The notes under the pieces: model-generated
What the model was told of the DNA's origin: nothing
Seen by the model: the letters and a program-made list of their open reading frames with translations, nothing else
The model's database searches: none
Program-made: the position numbers and the translations under genes
NCBI GenBank assembly: GCA_002269645.1
Contig: NIVC01000130.1
Location: 372,001-436,000 of the forward strand
Direction: 5' to 3'
Source of the DNA: Macrostomum lignano
Taxonomy: Eukaryota
Length of the DNA: 64,000 nt
In this document: piece by piece, positions 47,401 to 64,000 of the stretch
Layout of the letters: every line of letters starts with the position of its first letter
How positions within the stretch are numbered: the first letter of the stretch is position 1

Positions 47401-48167
47401 CAGAACGAAGTCCTTGCCATCAGCTCTTGCGCTGCAGAGCTGAACGCCAAGGTTACGAGAGGAAAGACTATTGTCATCCACTCCGACAGCCAAGCGGCCT
47501 TACAGGCCCTTTGCCACACCACAACGAACTCCCGGACAGTCGCCGACTGCGCCCGGCAGCTCAACCTCCTGGCCAGAAGCAATACTGTCAGGCTGAAGTG
47601 GATCCCAGGGCACGCAGGGTTTCCGGGGAACGAGCTGGCAGACACCCTCGCCAAGAGGGGCGGCTCTGGCTCTTTTTTCGGCCCTGCCCCCCTGGTCCCT
47701 ATGCCCTTGACAGTCATCAATCGTCAGATCGACGACTGGGCTGACTCCCTCCACAGGGACAGATGGGCGGGCACCCAAAACTGCCGGCAATCTCGTGCCG
47801 CGGTTCCTTGCCCGTCTCACAGGCTCAGAAACATCCTTCTGAACCAGAATCGGAAGGATATTCGAGCCCTTGTCATGACCCTTACCGGCCATGGCTACCT
47901 CGCCAGGCACTGCTTCCTCCGAGGCGACCTCGAGAGCGAAATTTGCCCCTTTTGCGAGTGCGACAATGAAGATGCTCAGCACTTTGTCTGTCACTGCCCT
48001 TCTTTAACAGAGACCGGCTACGCTACCTCGGGCTGAACCCGTCCATTGACGAGGTTTGCCAGCCCGACAGCATCCCACGGCTCATCCAGTTCCTTCGGGC
48101 GACTAGACGAGCCAGTTTCTTCCCAACGGAAGATCACGCTGCAGGACGGACCGGCGGACCACCCTGA
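44465..48167 (+). CDS. LINE ORF2: AP endonuclease, reverse transcriptase, RNase H, CCHC finger; 1-nt frameshifts near 46370 and 48010
   Basis: QINLQH, VQEPW, GDINAH, SDHK; APGPDGI, FRPISL, QHAFR, LDIIGAFD, PQGGVLSP, YADD; YTDGS, HSDSQ, WIPGHAG-GNELAD; CPFC-EDAQHFVCHC. Confidence 0.92.
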
Positions 48168-48274
48168 CCGGCCCCACGCCTCTGCCTGTCTGCGGGCCTT
48201 CAGGGGCTAGCGGAATGGGCGACCCTCGCCTCCCCGCTGTGTCTACGGACCACCCTGCAGCTAAGTCAAGTAAG

Positions 48275-49222
48275 TCAAGCCCTGGCAACCACGGCATCGC
48301 CGACCTCAATGCGGCGATCGTGAGCGTTGGCGTCGTGATGCTGCTTTTGCATCGCTTGCTGCACTGCAACCCTGGCCGGCACGTCGGGACGCACTCGATC
48401 GAGCAGAGAGCGCAGTCGCCTTCCCATCAGCAGCTCGCACGGCGGCGTGCCAGTCGTGGCATGTGGCGTCACGCGGTATGTCAGCAGGAACCGCGCTACT
48501 CGGTCTTCGAGCGAGCCGCCCTTCTGCTTAATCAGCGACTTCTTCAGCGTTTGCACCGCGCGCTCCGCCTGGCCGTTGGATGCTGGGTGATACGGTGCAG
48601 TTCGCACGTGCCGAATGCCGTTTTTCCGTAGAAATTCGCTCATCTCTTCGCTGACTAGATTTGGCCCGTTGTCCGTAACGACGATGTCTGGCAGACCGTG
48701 AGTAGCGAAACTCTGCCGTAGTCTCTGAATCGTGGCCGTTGAAGTCGTCGACATCATTACATGAACTTCCATCCACTTCGAATGAGCGTCCACGATCACC
48801 AGAAGCATTTTTCCTTCTACCGGACCAGCAAAGTCGAGATGAAGACGCGACCAGGGTCTGTCCGGCCATGCCCATGGGTGCAGCGGAACCGGCGCCGGTG
48901 ACTTCAGCAGCTCACGGCACTCGGAGCACGCACTGGATAGGTGCTCAATGGATTCATCCAGCTTTGGCCACCAGAAAAAACTGCGGGCGAGCGCCTTCAT
49001 TCTAGAGGCGCCCTGGTGTCCTTGGTGCAGGCACTGCAGAAGCGCCGAGCGGCCAGCTTGCGGTATCACCACTCTTGTGCCCCAGAGGAGACAGCCATCT
49101 TGGAAACTCAGCTGATTAGCCCGATTTTTGAACGGCTGTAGCTCTTGAGTTACTCGCTCAAGCCAGTAGCCAGACTCGGTGAACTGCAGCACCTTGGACA
49201 GGATCGGGTCCGTTCTAGTCAA
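48275..49222 (-). pseudogene. Gypsy integrase (HHCC and DDE)
   Basis: HQGHQG...CSEC, RLHLDFAGP, VTDNG, SNGQAERAV. Confidence 0.92.
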
Positions 49223-49234
49223 AGCTCGAATGTC

Positions 49235-50644
49235 TCAGGCAGTCACTGGTTCCTCATCAAGCGTGTCCATGACTAGCACCACATCGGCTGGTGTCGGTGC
49301 CATTGCTGGTCTCTCTCTCAGTCGACTCAGCGCGTCCGCACGGAGCAGCGACCGACCTGATCGGTGCTCCATCGTGTAGCTGTAGCCTGCCAGGATGAGC
49401 GCCCACCTTTGAATTCGACCGGATGCCATTGCTGGAATCGGCTTGGACTCGTGTAGCAGACCCAATAGCGGTTTTTGGTCGCTGATCAGTGTAAACTTCC
49501 GGCCGTACAGATACGCATGAAACCGCTTTACTCCGAAAATGACCGCCAGAGCCTCTTTGTCCAACTGGGAGTACCTGGTCTCAGCATCGTGCAAAGAGCG
49601 CGAAGCGAACGCGATCGGCTGATCGATACCATCAATCCGATGACTGATGACCGCTCCGACGCCGTAGGGCGACGCGTCGCACTCCAGGATCAGCGGCTTA
49701 CTTTCGTCGAAGTGCGCGAGGACCGGCGCTTTGCTGAGAAGCGACTTGCACTTCCTAAATGCGGTCTCCTGTTGAGTGCCCCAGCGCCACTGGGCACCTT
49801 GGTTGAGCAGACGATGCAGCGGCGACAGCTCCGCGGACAAGTTGGGCATGAAATTCCCGTAATAGTTGACAAGTCCAAGAAAACTGCGAAGCTGTGTCAC
49901 GTCTCGTGGTGCTGGAGCGTCGGCGATGGCACGAACCTTGTCCGGTAGCGGATGCAGGCCGGCAGCGTCCATCCGGTGGCCTAGATAGCTGACACTGTCC
50001 TGCATGAAGTCGCACTTGCTCAGGCCGCAGCGCAGTCCGCTTTGGTGCAATTTCTTGAGCACTGACTCTAGTGAGCGCAGGTGAATTTCGTCGTCAACAC
50101 CGGTGATGATCAGATCGCCGATAAAACAGGCGACATGCGGAATCGACTGCAGCAGATTGTCCATGTGTCGTTGGAAAATACCGACGGCCGGAGCAACTCC
50201 AAAAGGCAGACGGGTGTAGCGCAGAAGGCCTTTGGACGTGTTAAATGTACAAATCCCTTGGGCTGCTTCGTCCAGTGGCAGTTGAGAATAGGCTTGCGAC
50301 AAGTCGAGCTTCGTAAATTTTTTCCCACCTGCCAGCTTAGCAAAAAGCTCTTCGATTCTCGGTAGCGGATATTTGTCAGGTTCAACACAGAGATTTACCG
50401 TTTGTTTGAAGTCGGCACAGATGCGTATTGAACCGTCCGACTTGAGAACTGGCACTCGACTTGAGTCCGAGTTGTTGACTGATCTGAGCACACCTTGCTC
50501 AATTTCCTTGTCGAGCTGAGCCTCCACCTTAGTCTTAAGAGCAAACGGGACGTTGCGTGCCTTGAAAAATCGAGGCCGGGCCCCGGCTTTCAGATGCAGC
50601 TGCACAGGCGGTCCGTTGTACTTGCCGAGTCCCGGCTCGAAAAC
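49235..50644 (-). pseudogene. Gypsy reverse transcriptase and RNase H
   Basis: LPRIEELFAKL, KLDLSQAY, RLPFGV, FIGD (defective), LECDASPYGVG, YSQLDKEALA. Confidence 0.92.
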
Positions 50645-51810
50645 CTAGGCATACTGGTCCAGCAGGGCGCGGATTCCAGGGTGCTCACTGTCTTTTCGCA
50701 CCTGGTTGATGCTGCGCCAGTCCAGCAGCAAACATGCCAGCCAGTCACGGCCGATCAGGTTCGAACCAGAGCCCTCGACTACGAGCAGTGGAAGCTCCTT
50801 GGCAGCTCCGGCAGCTTGCACTCGGGCGGTAATTTTACCTAGCAGGGGGACCGGCTCTCCTGAGTAGGTGCGCAGCTTAGTGTTGGCAGGTTCTAGCTTT
50901 GGTCCTTCCCGCAGCTCTGAGCGAAATGTTTCTGAAGATATGAGCAAGACAGATGCACCCGTGTCGACATCCATCCGAACTGGCGTGCCTTCGATGATGA
51001 CCGTGGTCTCGATCGGTGGAATCTTCCCACACCGTTCAGCCATCACGTGCAGCGAATGTGCCTCTTCTTCATCGACCTCAACCTCTCTCACATTATGGTC
51101 CATGCGACGATTCGAACCCGCAGGAGACTTACAGGCAGCAGCCGTATGGCCCACCTTCGAACAGTTGAAGCACTTCTTGTCAGCAAACGGGCACTTCGCC
51201 GCGACGTGCCGCTGCGACCGGCAACGAAAGCAGCGTCCAGTGGACTGTGGCTGGTGTGCTATCTGAAAGGCGTCCTGACTCGCAGATTTCATCACGAAAA
51301 GATTGCCCTCAGCGGCCGACGCTTGAGCATGCGGGCCAGAGATATTGCGGTTTCGAGAGTCAGCTTCTTCTCCGAAAGTAGCCTTCGCTGGATGTTGTCA
51401 TCAGCGATGCCAAGCACGAGCCGGTCTCTGATCATGTCATTCAGGCTGCCGCCGAAGTTGCAGTCCCGTGCCAGTCTGCGAAGATCCGCGAGAAATCCGC
51501 AATCGATTCACCAACTTGGCGACTCCTGGAGTAGAAACGGTAACGTAGCACGATCTCAGGGGGCTCAGGGTCGAAATGCTCTTTCAGCTTAGCGCAGATC
51601 GCTGTGTAGCTGGACTGGGCAGGCGACTCTGGAGACAGCAGGCTGGCAAGCAACTGATACGTCTTCTTGCCGCAGACGCTAAGGAGAACGGCACGCTTCT
51701 TCTCTTCTTTGATATCATTGGCCTCAAAATACTGCTCCAGTCTTTCTTGGTACTGAATCCACTTTTCAGTGCCCTCTTCATAGAGTTCTATTGAGCCAAC
51801 CAAGCTCATG
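50645..51810 (-). pseudogene. gag: Gypsy gag (two zinc knuckles) and aspartic protease, frameshifted
   Basis: MSLVGSIELY...ERLEQYF; CFRC..H..C and CFNCSKVGHTAAAC; VDTGAS. Confidence 0.9.
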
Positions 51811-51821
51811 CCTCGTCGCCA
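51811..51821 (-). promoter_or_regulatory. Primer binding site TGGCGACGAGG (complementary to the tRNA-Ser(GCU)-type 3' end)
   Basis: 1 nt after the 5' LTR; animal tRNA-Ser(GCU) ends ...CCUCGUCGCCA (recalled knowledge). Confidence 0.85.
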
Positions 51822-51822
51822 C

Positions 51823-52069
51823 TGTAAAGACTTCACTTAGTTTGCGTGGCAGAAAGATGCTTATGCGATAGCATGATAAAATCATTCATCTATGTATTTG
51901 TCGAAATAGTATTTTAACCGATCAATAATTTGGGGACTGTAAAATAGACATATTAGTCACGTGCACGTACGAACAAAAGAACAAGCGAAGGAGAGAGTTG
52001 AAGGGCACGATGGTAAAGTGTACGCAGCAACCCCCCAGCACCCCACACAACACAAACCAAGTCACTACA
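51823..52069 (-). repeat. 5' LTR (TGTAGTG...TTTACA)
   Basis: TG...CA termini, adjacent PBS. Confidence 0.95.
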
Positions 52070-52620
52070 CTCTTCCTCTCTCACCCTCTTCCTCTCTCAC
52101 CCTCTTCCTCTCTCACCCTCGTCCTCTCTCACCCTCTTCCTCTCTCACCCTCTTCCTCTCTCCCCATCTTCCTCTCTCACCCTCTTCCTCTCTCCCCATC
52201 TTCCTCTCTCACCCTCTTCCTCTCTCACCCTCGTCCTCTCTCACCCTCTTCCTCTCTCACCCTATTCCTCTCTCACCCTCTTCCTCTCTCACCCTCTTCC
52301 TCTCTCACCCTCTTCCTCTCTCCCCATCTTCCTCTCTCACCCTCTTCCTCTCTCACCCTCTTCCTCTCTCACCCTCTTCCTCTCTCACCATCTTCCTCTC
52401 TCCCCATCTTCCTCTCTCCCACGCTTCCTCTCTCCCCATCTTCCTCTCTCCCCATCTTCCTCTCTCACCATCTTCCTCTCTCCCCATCTTCCTCTCTCAC
52501 CATCTTCCTCTCTCCCCATCTTCCTCTCTCCCCATCTTCCTCTCTCACCCTCTTCCTCTCTCCCCATCTTCCTCTCTCACCCTCTTCCTCTCTCACCCTC
52601 TTCCTCTCTCACCCTCGTCC
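52070..52620. repeat. CT-rich 16-bp minisatellite, right half
   Basis: Same TCTTCCTCTCTCACCC unit as left of the element. Confidence 0.93.
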
Positions 52621-53069
52621 TTTCTCCGTGTCTGTTTTGTCTAGCCTCTCACCTGCCCAAAACTCGACAGTAGCTATACATTACACTCGGTGACTTGCGT
52701 TGCCAAAAAATGCAGCGCGCTTTGAACCACTCGAATCACAAGAAAGCATTTTGTTATTTACCAAAAAGCGTCAGTTTTAAAAGTTCTGTGGCTATAAATC
52801 TGCTATACAATGCCTGCAGTAGGTTGTAAATTTATCGAACTGTCATGTCATTGTACCTAAATTGCATTGGCACGAGTATTGCATATTAGCGAACCGCTGA
52901 AACTGCAGGTGCTATTTGAATTTTTCAGAATGGAATTTAATGATAGAAGTCTATCCAAACCCTGTTTATATACTTCGTAGTTAAATAGCATTTCTGGCAT
53001 CAACGTCTTCTAATGTACATACAAGCACTTATGCATCATTTGCCACTTATTTCCGCAACTTATATTGAT

Positions 53070-53515
53070 GATTTTAGCTACATAAAGTTATATACGCCTC
53101 ATATTGGTCTTATGAAAAATCTCGTCATTTTAAGAAATTAAAAAAATAATTTTAGCTTCATAAAGTTATATACGCTACATACTGGTATTATAAAATTCGT
53201 TATTGAAAAGGAATTTTTTAAAAACATACTTAATAGATTTAGCTTCATAAAGTTTTTTACTCTACATATCGATATTGTAAAATTTTTTTAAAAAGGAATT
53301 CTTTAAAACACTTAATAATTTTAGCTTCATAAAGTTATTTACGCTACATATCGGTATTGTAAAATTTTGTTGAAAAGGATTTTTTTTAAAAACAATAACT
53401 TTAGCTTCATAAAGTTATTTACGCTACATATCGGTATTGTAAAATTTCTTTGAAAAGGAATTTTTTTAAAAACAATAATTTTAGCTTCAAAGTTATTTAC
53501 GCTACATATCGATAG
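53070..53515. repeat. AT-rich ~80-bp tandem repeat, 5-6 units
   Basis: TTTTAGCTTCATAAAGTTA...CGCTACATATCG recurring. Confidence 0.85.
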
Positions 53516-54711
53516 TGAAGCATGCAACGTTTACTTTCAACAATTACCCTAGCATCCGCTCTAATCTCTTCTAAGATTAAAAGTTAAAAAAATAAAGCCA
53601 AGAGCTAAGCCGGCCACTTGCATAATCGCACGTCATTTGCACCGCTAGATTAGAAATAAGGCAATTTTATATTTTCTGGCGTAGAAAAATAGATAAAATA
53701 ACGCAATCATCAGAGCTGGCTCTTCAGGAATTGAACAAGGATTTTCCAGTTACTGGAAATAAAATTCACAGCGGTAACTGGAATTCTTTCGCATTTTGCT
53801 TCTCTGCAATACTGTATTGTAGAAAGCGAAATTGTTAATAAAAATATATGAACTTGATAATTAGAGAATATCTGTTCTTGTTTTGCTCGATAAACCACCG
53901 ATATTTTGACCTTATTAGAAAACGAGACCTGGGATATTGAGGGTTGGAATAAATAACAACACACAATCGGGAATCATTGGTGGCAGTATAAAAATTACCT
54001 CAAAATCGGCTGGCAAAAATTATGGATGGATGGCACAGTAAAGAGACATCGAAAATACATGTATTAGACATTATTCTATGTACATCACAGCCAGGATTTC
54101 ACCATAAAAAACGAACTAAATGATGGAAAAGAAGTTAACAGGTTTTTTGGTTTGTTTTTTCTGCAAGAAAATAAGTTTATATAAATTTGAGCACAAAACT
54201 AATTACACTGAGTAGTTAGTATGCGCATGGCAAAAGCAGCGACAGAACTAGAGTAATTTCATAAAGTCATTTCTTGGAAAATTAACAGAAAATGAAATAA
54301 CAAAAAATACATGCAGCGCTGCTTATACGGCGCAGAAAACATGACAGTAATAATCGAAAAAAATAACAATCCTACAGTTCTCAATACTTCATAAATAAAC
54401 AGGCTAACAGGTTATTCAGTAGAATAGTTTGGCTAATTTTTATAGCACCGTTTAATTTTAATTCACAATCAGAATCTGTTGAAAATTCAGTTAGATCCAT
54501 AGTGCCCTACTAATAAATGATTTGGTAAGTAGTGTACACCGATTATCAGCGGTAGTTTTCAGTTTGCAACCGCGAAAAGATAATCAGTCAACCCGTTCTT
54601 TAACTTTAATAAATTTTACCTGCACTTTCAACAGCACATAGACAATAATAATTTTGAAATCTCTGTATTAATACTACTAAATTTGAGCAGATTCCATTAG
54701 TATATACTTAT

Positions 54712-63818
<9,107 letters not shown>

Positions 63819-63854
63819 CTGAAATATGGACACGTGATAAATAATTAGATATAT

Positions 63855-64000
63855 AGCTCACTTCACAAACACCCAGCTCACTCCGCAGACACCCAGTTCA
63901 CTCCGCAGACACCCAACTCACTCTGCAGACACCCAGCTCACTTCACAGACACCCAGCTCACTCCACAGACACCCAGCTCACTTCACAGACACCCAGCTCA
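63855..64000. repeat. 20-bp minisatellite (CAGACACCCAGCTCACTCCG), runs off the right edge
   Basis: Direct; reads GTGAGCTGGGTG on the gene strand. Confidence 0.9.

Larger units (their letters stand above)
42525..48279 (+). mobile_element. Full-length LOA-like (R1 group) LINE, 5755 bp, 14-bp TSD CCCTGGCAACCACG
   Basis: TSD at 42511-42524 and 48280-48293; ~470-nt 5'UTR, ORF1, ORF2 APE-RT-RNase H-ZnF, tail AAGTCAAGTAAGTCAAG. Clade label inferred from domain order and ORF1 character. Confidence 0.93.
41853..52069 (-). mobile_element. Full-span but inactivated Ty3/Gypsy (Mag-like) LTR retrotransposon
   Basis: Two ~245-bp LTRs about 98% identical, PBS, PPT, and gag-PR-RT-RH-IN order; frameshifts, in-frame stops at 50645 and 49235, RT motif FIGD instead of YxDD, LINE inserted in IN. 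Confidence 0.95.

Overview
Intron-rich animal genomic DNA. The species cannot be fixed from sequence alone; the density of intronic minisatellites and GC-rich exons resemble the flatworm Macrostomum (inference only). About one third of the window (manual estimate) is micro/minisatellite, so most long ORFs in the track are repeat read-throughs. Host genes: (i) a complete 10-exon receptor-type protein tyrosine phosphatase, RPTP-A (minus, 40016->24427, 1048 aa: signal peptide, Ser/Thr/Ala mucin stalk, about 4 FN3-like exons, TM, single PTP domain; all splice phases consistent); (ii) the 3' six exons of a tandem paralog, RPTP-B (minus, 63818->54712, 5' part beyond the window); (iii) a CD164/porimin-like sialomucin (plus, ~21635-22110); (iv) a probable first exon of an unidentified signal-anchor protein (minus, 2225-1901). 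Mobile DNA: a decayed Mag-type Ty3/Gypsy element (41853-52069) carrying a full-length LOA-like LINE with a 14-bp TSD (42525-48279), an old CpG-decayed copy of the same LINE 3' end (12183-12766), nested Ingi-like LINE fragments in RPTP-A intron 3, a solo LTR with TSD, a truncated second Gypsy, a tRNA-derived SINE with TSD and a probable MITE. Most notable: in both PTP paralogs the exon/intron junction of the catalytic exon is itself tandemly amplified into a 31-bp array of splice donors; that exon is ~99% identical between otherwise diverged paralogs (probable gene conversion); paralogous introns carry unrelated private minisatellites; the SINE shares a structurally conserved 3' stem-loop with the LINE; and the old LINE copy shows strong CpG-specific decay.
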